Virus record (IMG/VR): IMGVR_UViG_3300045988_024116
Coordinates: 1-51,545 of that record
Reading direction: 5' to 3' (one strand)
Source: a virus
DNA length: 51,545 nt
The position numbers were made by a program, and so were the translations under genes. Within the stretch, counting starts at the first letter, position 1. Each line of letters begins with the position of its first letter. Positions 1-6,152 of this stretch are shown one piece after another. The notes beneath the pieces were generated by a model. It had not been told where the DNA came from, searched no databases, and worked only from the letters and a program-made list of their open reading frames with translations.

Positions 1-55
1 CCCCGCTGTCAAGCGACCGACCGACCAACTCACCTGCCTACCTGCCACATCCTAC
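1..55. repeat. 55-bp exact direct repeat shared with the window end (51491..51545). Either a circular-assembly overlap or terminal redundancy.
   Basis: Bases 1-55 (ccccgctgtcaagcgaccgaccgaccaactcacctgcctacctgccacatcctac) are identical to 51491-51545. Confidence 0.95.
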
Positions 56-113
56 CTAGACGCATATACGCATACCCTGACCCAGCCCGGCCCCATAAAC
101 GTGACCCGCGTCA

Positions 114-134
114 CCCGAACCCCACCCCTAACCC
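114..134 (-). other. G-quadruplex-capable tract on the minus strand (i-motif-capable on the plus strand)
   Basis: The plus strand reads CCC-gaa-CCCC-a-CCCC-taa-CCC: four C-runs with loops of 1-3 nt. It contains the 12-mer acccctaaccca, which recurs at 725..736. Confidence 0.4.
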
Positions 135-366
135 AGGACCAAAACCCATAACAAAACTTAAGTCACCCTTACCAACCTTAGCCCATCCTATGTGCCTCAC
201 ATCACATATGTGCTACAAGTCACACAACCAGTAACCTGCAATCTACCAAGAAACATTCATCAACCAACACGAACTAGCATCAACTAGCAACACACTCAGC
301 ACGCAAAGTCTCTCACGAAAATACCCCCTAATTTTTCCTACAAACAAAGTAAATTACATACCTAGC

Positions 367-498
367 AATGTAATTTCACACATAATCTATATGTAGTACC
401 CAAAAATAATAGTAATGTAAAGTACATATAAACAAGAAGATTCCTATGATAATGTAATATATGTGTATAGTATGTATATATGTATTGTATGTATGTAA
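367..498. repeat. AT-rich island with iterated AATGTAA motifs; candidate origin or protein-binding array
   Basis: Exact aatgtaa at 367..373, 414..420 and 451..457, plus the variant tatgtaa at 492..498. The motifs sit in a gtatgta/tatata-rich stretch unlike the rest of the genome. Confidence 0.45.
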
Positions 499-520
499 TT
501 GTAAATCGTGTTACGTAGGC

Positions 521-599
521 GTCAGGTGCGCGAGGAATTGCATAATTATGCGTTCGAGTGCATAGTTATGCACTCCTTCCCCTCCTGAATTGTCCTGAC
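521..599. promoter_or_regulatory. Operator-like module: two palindromic boxes TGCATA(A/G)TTATGC bracketed by an inverted repeat
   Basis: tgcataattatgc (539..551; its core 540..551 is a perfect palindrome) and tgcatagttatgc (559..571) start 20 bp apart. They are flanked by gtcagg (521..526) and cctgac (594..599). Confidence 0.5.
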
Positions 600-707
600 A
601 TTTACGCTACGCTATCTCTCACGCCCTATCACCCCCTCCAGGCTACCCACACACCACTAGCACCCTAAAACACGCTCAAACGGCCTTCTAGACCCCTTAA
701 CGACCGT

Positions 708-735
708 CCCTAGCTATCACCCCTACCCCTAACCC
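708..735 (-). other. Second G-quadruplex-capable tract on the minus strand
   Basis: The plus strand reads CCC-n9-CCCC-ta-CCCC-taa-CCC and includes the same 12-mer acccctaaccca (725..736) seen at 124..135. Confidence 0.3.
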
Positions 736-908
736 ACCAATTCCCTCGCACATGCGCACGCGTATAACATACTTTCCCCATAACAACCACTCAAGCCATA
801 AAACTATCCACATGCTGAGATGTCTAGTTCTACCCATGCGTCTTGACACCGGCCCTGTCGCACGATAACCAAACCTCAGAATGTTACCAACGACACACCA
901 ACAAACTA

Positions 909-937
909 TTGACAACCAACAAACAACGTACTATTCA
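909..937 (+). promoter_or_regulatory. Candidate sigma70-type early promoter
   Basis: TTGACA (909..914), 17-nt spacer, TATTCA (932..937). Confidence 0.35.
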
Positions 938-1009
938 CGCGCGCGTTCCTTATTCCTACCCGCTAACACCCACACTTAAACAATGTGTCCCTAATCACAT
1001 GTTTTCATG

Positions 1010-1038
1010 TTGACAACGTACTAGCGCCGTACTAATCT
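1010..1038 (+). promoter_or_regulatory. Candidate sigma70-type early promoter
   Basis: TTGACA (1010..1015), 17-nt spacer, TAATCT (1033..1038). Confidence 0.5.
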
Positions 1039-1100
1039 TTAGTTATCGGCAAGCGAGAGACAACGCAAGCCCAATGAGATGCAAGTCACAAGGTTTCGAG

Positions 1101-1129
1101 TTGACACGCTGACAACAGCGCGTTAGACT
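1101..1129 (+). promoter_or_regulatory. Candidate sigma70-type early promoter just upstream of the first plus-strand gene
   Basis: TTGACA (1101..1106), 17-nt spacer, TAGACT (1124..1129). Confidence 0.6.
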
Positions 1130-1166
1130 AGAACCAACAACAAAGCCAAACCGAAAGGTGAAACCA

Positions 1167-1379
1167 ATGATCCGTCTAACCGTTGACGATGAAGCCCGCG
1201 CCCTGTCGGCATGGGCACACGCCGAAACCTTGTACGTAGGCGAGGATGTTATCTTTGCCCCGCTTTGGGCAACGCACGTCTGGCGCGCGCTTGCGGATGG
1301 ACATCTCTACTTTGTCGGTCCTGGTGACCTTGCAGAAATGCCCCTAGGTATCAACGCAGATACCCGCGAACTCTACTGA
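1167..1379 (+). CDS. Hypothetical early protein
   Basis: The track ORF is 1158..1379. ATG 1167 lies 8 nt after GAAAGG in the conserved CCGAAAGGTGAA leader, and the GTG at 1158 is part of that RBS. Confidence 0.6.
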   Translation: MIRLTVDDEARALSAWAHAETLYVGEDVIFAPLWATHVWRALADGHLYFVGPGDLAEMPLGINADTRELY

Positions 1380-1406
1380 AAACCCACACACAGAAAGAAA
1401 ACCAAA

Positions 1407-1703
1407 ATGCGAGACACGACACATGCAACCGTGACCCAATGGACTGAATACCGTACCCCTAGCGGGCGTTGGTCCAAAGTGCGACACGATGAAACCGAGG
1501 AAGATTTTAAGCCTTACAACCTGCGCAATTTCTTTAGTGCAAAGTTTCCGGGTGAGCGGCGTGAATACGGATACTTTAGTCAGGGCTACCTACCCTACCG
1601 CGTGACTGTTCCTAGTCCCGATGGCCGCGAGCGCCACGTTTACAAGTTCGCGTATTACACAGGGCCGCGCGAAATTGTGAATTACACGTACGAAAACGAT
1701 TAG
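1407..1703 (+). CDS. Hypothetical early protein (98 aa)
   Basis: ORF track entry with an ATG start preceded by agaaagaaaacc. Tightly packed in the same orientation as its neighbours. Confidence 0.6.
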   Translation: MRDTTHATVTQWTEYRTPSGRWSKVRHDETEEDFKPYNLRNFFSAKFPGERREYGYFSQGYLPYRVTVPSPDGRERHVYKFAYYTGPREIVNYTYEND

Positions 1704-1712
1704 TTTTCAACT

Positions 1713-1763
1713 TCCCTGACTTAATGGTGAGTATAAAGCTGGGTTCAATTCCCAGTCAGGGAA
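1713..1763 (+). ncRNA. tRNA top-half mimic E1: acceptor stem, GG linker and T-arm, with no anticodon arm
   Basis: The 7-bp acceptor tccctga (1713..1719) pairs with tcaggga (1756..1762). T-stem ctggg/cccag with loop ttcaatt (1739..1755). The 19-nt linker contains GGT..GTA. A hairpin gcgac-acaa-gtcgc follows 4 nt downstream (1768..1781). Confidence 0.6.
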
Positions 1764-1813
1764 CGATGCGACACAAGTCGCACAAACAACAACAAACCGA
1801 AAGGTTAATTGAC

Positions 1814-2071
1814 ATGGCACACACGTTCAAGACGGACCCCTGGCACGTCAAGGAAGCGCGCGGGGTTGCGTGGCATCCTAGCGAGTTTCGCCGTGAGTCC
1901 TCCCTGTTCACCAAGCATCGCCGCGATATCGCTAAGCGTATCCGCGCCCGTGAACGCCGCGAAATGGACCGTATCGCGCGCGATATCAGCGCCTACGATG
2001 ACTACTATCCGACCGGCGCAACGCTGCGTGAATTCGAGACAGACACAAACAAAGACGGTTGGCAGTACTGA
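1814..2071 (+). CDS. Hypothetical basic early protein
   Basis: The track ORF is 1724..2071. ATG 1814 lies 9 nt after GAAAGG of the conserved leader. The upstream extension overlaps the E1 RNA element and is probably not translated. Confidence 0.6.
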   Translation: MAHTFKTDPWHVKEARGVAWHPSEFRRESSLFTKHRRDIAKRIRARERREMDRIARDISAYDDYYPTGATLREFETDTNKDGWQY

Positions 2072-2080
2072 CCAACCAAG

Positions 2081-2110
2081 GGGACGGCGCGGCCCAATAC
2101 GCGCCGTCCC
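2081..2110 (+). terminator. GC-rich hairpin; candidate terminator without a U-tract
   Basis: 11-bp perfect stem gggacggcgcg/cgcgccgtccc with an 8-nt loop, starting 10 nt after the stop codon at 2069..2071. Confidence 0.5.
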
Positions 2111-2134
2111 TACAACACAGAAAGACGAAAGACA

Positions 2135-2413
2135 ATGGGTATTCTGGACGATATCGACGCCGCCGCCTATGACATTATGGCGGGCCACGTTGGTGACGGG
2201 TTCCTACCTGTCGCTAAGAACTTCAACATTGCTGAGAACCGCAACCACCCGTTTGCCAATTGCCGGTTTGACGTATACTCATACACAACGCGCGTTGCAA
2301 TGGTGAACAAGAACGAAAATGGTGACTGGGAGACTTTCGAGAGTATGCGCGCGCATCCTATGAGTAGCTTTGCCGACGCAACGCTAGTGCCTGTGGTGCA
2401 CGCCACACTCTGA
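2135..2413 (+). CDS. Hypothetical protein (92 aa)
   Basis: ORF track entry; ATG preceded by agaaagacgaaagac. Confidence 0.6.
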   Translation: MGILDDIDAAAYDIMAGHVGDGFLPVAKNFNIAENRNHPFANCRFDVYSYTTRVAMVNKNENGDWETFESMRAHPMSSFADATLVPVVHATL

Positions 2414-2417
2414 CAAC

Positions 2418-2446
2418 TTGACAACAACCAACCAACAACCTACACT
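2418..2446 (+). promoter_or_regulatory. Candidate sigma70-type promoter
   Basis: TTGACA (2418..2423), 17-nt spacer, TACACT (2441..2446). Confidence 0.55.
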
Positions 2447-2499
2447 AGAAACATAGGCAAACAGCCTACCAACCAACGACAGAAAGAGAGACAACTCAA

Positions 2500-2679
2500 A
2501 TGCGAATCAACAAGGACACTATGACCGTTATCAAGGCCGCTACCGCTGCCAAGATCACGTTTAGGAAGATGGGAGCCGACTACGGCGATAATCCCAGCGT
2601 GCTTGCCGCTATTGACGCGGTGGTTACTGCCCTTGATGGCCTGTCGGATGCAGTAGTCATGTCAGAAATTGAAGCCTAA
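2500..2679 (+). CDS. Small hypothetical protein (59 aa), below the ORF-track cutoff
   Basis: Read by hand: ATG 2500 preceded by agaaagagag; translation MRINKDTMTVIKAATAAKITFRKMGADYGDNPSVLAAIDAVVTALDGLSDAVVMSEIEA; stop TAA 2677..2679. Confidence 0.55.
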   Translation: MRINKDTMTVIKAATAAKITFRKMGADYGDNPSVLAAIDAVVTALDGLSDAVVMSEIEA

Positions 2680-2700
2680 CAAAACGTTCCTAATGGAACA

Positions 2701-2749
2701 TCCCTAGCCTGTCGGTAGGTAAATGCAGGTTCAACCCCTGCCTAGGGAG
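2701..2749 (+). ncRNA. tRNA top-half mimic E2, a paralogue of E1
   Basis: The 7-bp acceptor tccctag (2701..2707) pairs with ctaggga (2742..2748). T-stem gcagg/cctgc with loop ttcaacc (2725..2741). The 17-nt linker contains GGT..GTA. A hairpin gctaacca-agg-tggttagc follows 4 nt downstream (2754..2772). Confidence 0.6.
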
Positions 2750-2795
2750 CTGAGCTAACCAAGGTGGTTAGCGACAACAATCGAGAGGTTAAACC

Positions 2796-3260
2796 ATGTG
2801 CAATGAATATGCCTACAAGCTCGCTAAGGCACTCATTTACCCTGAGCTGACTGTAGAGTTTGCCGCTGACGTTATCAACGGCTACGTTTACGGTATCGAC
2901 ATTTGGGACGAAGTTTGCACTCTCACGGGCGGATGGTGCAATGATGCTAACGTCTTTGTCGCATGGGACAAGATGGGCCGTCCCGATGAATGGGAATACC
3001 TAGACACTGACTACGATATGGAACGGGACCCTGCCCGTAGGCGCGCAATGGTCGCTAATGCTCGCATCTCTGCAATGGCTGAGTGTGTCGCAGAAGCACT
3101 AGGTTATGTTGTTAACGATATTGTCGCTAACGAGGGTTGGAAATGTGTGCCCGTGGAAGATGTGAAACAGGATATGCACGGTATTGGTTGGCTTGAGTAC
3201 GGTTGCGCCATTTTGGACGTTTACACTGAGAGTTACCTGTTTAAGCCTAGCGGAAAGTGA
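2796..3260 (+). CDS. Hypothetical protein (154 aa)
   Basis: ORF track entry; ATG preceded by gagagg. Confidence 0.65.
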   Translation: MCNEYAYKLAKALIYPELTVEFAADVINGYVYGIDIWDEVCTLTGGWCNDANVFVAWDKMGRPDEWEYLDTDYDMERDPARRRAMVANARISAMAECVAEALGYVVNDIVANEGWKCVPVEDVKQDMHGIGWLEYGCAILDVYTESYLFKPSGK

Positions 3261-3496
3261 GAACTAACATGTTGCCTAAATGGTACGGTATCCCCGATAT
3301 CGTCTTTGAGTGGCGCGGTGCTTGGAATGACCCTATGTTGCACTACAAGGGGCATGTGTTTAACGCCAATGAGATGCAAGACGGGTTGTGGGAGAACTAC
3401 CGGGAAGACCTGGAAACAGGGTATACGTCCCTTGAGTGGGAGGAATATGTCAGTGACAACGCAACTAACTACCTTGACGATGCACTATTTTTTTGA
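3257..3496 (+). CDS. Hypothetical protein (79 aa)
   Basis: ORF track entry; 4-nt overlap with the upstream stop. Confidence 0.6.
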   Translation: MRTNMLPKWYGIPDIVFEWRGAWNDPMLHYKGHVFNANEMQDGLWENYREDLETGYTSLEWEEYVSDNATNYLDDALFF

Positions 3497-3516
3497 GCGG
3501 GAGGAATGGTAACAAC

Positions 3517-3681
3517 ATGATTATGCTAGGTATTATCGGCCTTGTCGTCGCTGTTGGCCTTGTCTATATGGGCTTTAATGGTGACTCTAACCTGATATGC
3601 TATCTGGGTATCCTGGGTGGCGGGATGGTAGGACTCTGTAGCATTATGCACATTCTTTACGTAATGGGGATGGTGCGCTAA
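3517..3681 (+). CDS. Small membrane protein (two hydrophobic segments)
   Basis: The track ORF is 3493..3681. ATG 3517 follows gggagg. Sequence MIMLGIIGLVVAVGLVYMGF...GILGGGMVGLCSIMHILYVMGMV. The start is uncertain. Confidence 0.5.
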   Translation: MIMLGIIGLVVAVGLVYMGFNGDSNLICYLGILGGGMVGLCSIMHILYVMGMVR

Positions 3682-3682
3682 T

Positions 3683-4063
3683 ATGTGGGAAGAATTGCTA
3701 AGCGTCATTAGCGACCGTCACTATCCGCTAGAGTCTATGCAGGAACGCATTGCAGGGTATGTTGACCTTAAGACAGGATGGGACCTGTCGCTAATCAACC
3801 CTTGGTTTATCGAACGTGGCTATGAGTTTGTGGGACTACTTGACTTATTCTCTGAGAATGAGCCTAGCGGTTTGTACGTCAACATTAATGGGTACGTGTG
3901 GCGTTGTCGCACTAATGCCGCTGACAATAGCATTTATTGGTACTGGGAGTCCGATAGCGAGGGCATTAGCCTAGACGATATGCGGTTCCTGCATGGCTAC
4001 GCGCAAATGTTCATCTGGGACGCTGACTCACAAACTTGTGAGCTAGTTAACGTTGCAGAATGA
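3683..4063 (+). CDS. Hypothetical protein (126 aa)
   Basis: ORF track entry; the start abuts the upstream stop. Confidence 0.6.
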   Translation: MWEELLSVISDRHYPLESMQERIAGYVDLKTGWDLSLINPWFIERGYEFVGLLDLFSENEPSGLYVNINGYVWRCRTNAADNSIYWYWESDSEGISLDDMRFLHGYAQMFIWDADSQTCELVNVAE

Positions 4064-4081
4064 CTGCCAACCTGGTAGACT
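4053..4081 (+). promoter_or_regulatory. Candidate promoter
   Basis: TTGCAG (4053..4058), 17-nt spacer, TAGACT (4076..4081). Confidence 0.45.
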
Positions 4082-4117
4082 AAAAGTACAAACCAACCAA
4101 GCCGAAAGGTGAAAACA

Positions 4118-4624
4118 ATGATTCAGACACAGTTTGCACACACTGTCAACGTTCCCGATGAATGGGAGCATAACGGACACACTTTCCAAGTGTTTCATGA
4201 GGAGTGGGCAGAGTGTCCTACTGAATGGCTAGATAGCGCCGATGCACTGTGTGTCCTGGGAGGTCCTCATGGTTGCATCCTGCACCACCCCGCAAAGACT
4301 AACTGCCCTGCAATGTGGGAGTTTGACAACTTCCATGAGGAACACGGTAGGATGCCTACCCAGGAAGAATGGGCGGCGCTTTGCCCTGATTATTGGGTGT
4401 ACGTTGGTTGGCATGGGATGGATGCTGACCGTCTGTTCGCGGCCGCGTTCCGCAAGGATACGTGGACTACTGACCCTTGCGAGGGGTACGTTCACGAGTA
4501 CTCTATGTGGGCAGACGGATATGTCTGGGTTGTGTCGGACACAACCACGGGTGACTCTCTAGGGGGCATCTATGCCGATAGCGAGGAAGACGCTATCAAG
4601 GTCTATACCGAAAACTATATGTGA
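4118..4624 (+). CDS. Hypothetical acidic, Trp-rich protein; paralogue of 5601..6152
   Basis: The track ORF is 4109..4624. ATG 4118 lies 8 nt after GAAAGG of the conserved leader. The C-terminal motif YSMW..VWVVSD...GGIYADSEEDAIKVY is shared with 5601..6152. Confidence 0.65.
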   Translation: MIQTQFAHTVNVPDEWEHNGHTFQVFHEEWAECPTEWLDSADALCVLGGPHGCILHHPAKTNCPAMWEFDNFHEEHGRMPTQEEWAALCPDYWVYVGWHGMDADRLFAAAFRKDTWTTDPCEGYVHEYSMWADGYVWVVSDTTTGDSLGGIYADSEEDAIKVYTENYM

Positions 4625-4639
4625 GAACGGGAGAAAACA

Positions 4640-4927
4640 ATGATCGAAAACTGGGATACTAAGTTCTGTTTCACCGCCGACGAACTGGGAGTCGCTAAGG
4701 GTGAATACGATTACGTGACACGTAGCGGCGACCTACGTATCCGGGAAGACTTTGAGGCTATGGCCGCTGAAGCCGTGGACGACTTGCACAAGCCTATTAC
4801 CATGCTTGGTAGGACCGTCAAGGCGAGTGACATTGCTAGGGAGATGCTGAGCGACGACTGGAAGGCATATGTCAACAGTTGTATCTCACACCTAATCGCA
4901 ATGGAAGAGATTAAGGAAGTTCGCTAA
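4640..4927 (+). CDS. Hypothetical protein (95 aa)
   Basis: ORF track entry; ATG preceded by gggagaa. Confidence 0.6.
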   Translation: MIENWDTKFCFTADELGVAKGEYDYVTRSGDLRIREDFEAMAAEAVDDLHKPITMLGRTVKASDIAREMLSDDWKAYVNSCISHLIAMEEIKEVR

Positions 4928-5035
4928 TGTTCGCCGTCGCTTACTACACCCTAGTCCTACTGACTATCCTTGCCCCTGTCGGCATCTACTGCCACAACAC
5001 CGAAAAATACTACAACGAAAGTGAGAACAACAACA

Positions 5036-5374
5036 ATGACTGACATTGAAACCCTCGTCAACAAGATTAACAAGCTCAACGCAGAGATTAGCACCCTGAC
5101 CGAGGCGCGCGACGCACTCAAGGCGGAACTGTGCGCACAGTTCAACGCGGGAGACAAGATTCAGGTTGGTGACACGCGCGTGACGTTCGCTACCCGAAAG
5201 ACTATCAACGCCGCCGCTGTCGAAGCACTGCCAGCGTTTAAGAAACTGCCTAAGGCCGTGCGTGAATCAGTCTATGACAAGCCTAAGTTGAATACTAAGA
5301 AACTTGCCGCGCTTGACCTGCTTGACCTGTCGCCCGCCACTACCGTCTCGGACGTGTACGCCACATTCCGATGA
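5036..5374 (+). CDS. Hypothetical coiled-coil protein
   Basis: The track ORF is 4970..5374. ATG 5036 follows gaaagtgag. Sequence MTDIETLVNKINKLNAEISTLTEARDALKAEL. Confidence 0.55.
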   Translation: MTDIETLVNKINKLNAEISTLTEARDALKAELCAQFNAGDKIQVGDTRVTFATRKTINAAAVEALPAFKKLPKAVRESVYDKPKLNTKKLAALDLLDLSPATTVSDVYATFR

Positions 5375-5601
5375 ACTGGAGGCAATACGGGACGGGCGAC
5401 GGTGGATACACAGTTGAACAGGTTGAGGCCGTCGCCCGGTCCCTTGAAGATCATGAGCTGGTTGAATACTCAACCATGTGGCACGAGTCCGTGCGACAGA
5501 TGCGCGCCGCCGAAATTATCCACGATAATCTGGGAGTCGGCGCGGAAATTGAATTGCCTAACGGCATAAACATTTACCTAGTGAACGGGGACAACAACTA
5601 A
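5371..5601 (+). CDS. Hypothetical protein (76 aa)
   Basis: ORF track entry; ATGA overlap with the upstream gene. Confidence 0.55.
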   Translation: MNWRQYGTGDGGYTVEQVEAVARSLEDHELVEYSTMWHESVRQMRAAEIIHDNLGVGAEIELPNGINIYLVNGDNN

Positions 5602-6152
5602 TGAGCGTTGAAGTTATTGCACAACAGTTTGACGATACGTGTGTATTCAAGGCAGACAATGGAAACATTTATGTTGTCATGCGAGACACAGATGCGGTTG
5701 AACCTATTGAACTAGTCGGTAATACCGATATGTTCATGTTTGGGGACTGGTCAGACTACGACGATGAGCCTACACCCTATAGCACTGTCATGCGCTTCAG
5801 TGAAGCACATGGTGTAAGTGTGGACGGGGATATGATTGCAAGCATCCTGAGTGGCGACTACTGCAAGCACTTCAAGTTTGAGGGTTGGCAGGACTATGAT
5901 TACTACGAGGATTATGGATGTCTGTTTGTCGTCCATAAGTCCCTTGGTACCGCTGAAGAATGGTTCCACTACAGTGAGATGTGGGACGTGAACGATGTGT
6001 GGCAGGTTATTGATATGGCTAATAATGAGACTGTATCAGCTATCTATGCCGACAGTCCGCAAACTGCGATAGAACTGTTCCTGAATAAGGGTGATGGGGC
6101 ATCCCTTGAAACTATTGTTAACAATGCACGAGAGAATTGGAGCAATAACTAA
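5601..6152 (+). CDS. Hypothetical strongly acidic protein; paralogue of 4118..4624
   Basis: ORF track entry; TAATG coupling to the upstream gene. The C-terminal motif YSEMW..VWQVID...SAIYADSPQTAIELF matches the motif in 4118..4624. Confidence 0.65.
   Translation: MSVEVIAQQFDDTCVFKADNGNIYVVMRDTDAVEPIELVGNTDMFMFGDWSDYDDEPTPYSTVMRFSEAHGVSVDGDMIASILSGDYCKHFKFEGWQDYDYYEDYGCLFVVHKSLGTAEEWFHYSEMWDVNDVWQVIDMANNETVSAIYADSPQTAIELFLNKGDGASLETIVNNARENWSNN

Noticed and set aside
697-915. 72-aa minus-strand ORF in the non-coding control region
   Set aside because: It is an isolated ORF with no RBS and a Trp/Gly/Arg-rich translation, as expected from the G-rich complement of a C-rich tract. It overlaps the rightward promoters.
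1724-1813. N-terminal extension of ORF 1724..2071 (MVSIKLGSIPSQGTMRHKSHKQQQTERLID) overlapping E1
   Set aside because: The conserved CCGAAAGGT leader and its correctly spaced ATG at 1814 match two other early genes. The extension coincides with the structured RNA element and has no RBS.
1713-2749. E1 and E2 as attP cores (3' tRNA gene fragments used for integration)
   Set aside because: attP sites copy only the 3' part of a host tRNA. Here both strands of the acceptor stem are present, so each element folds on its own. There are two diverged copies with compensatory changes, and no integrase gene was found.
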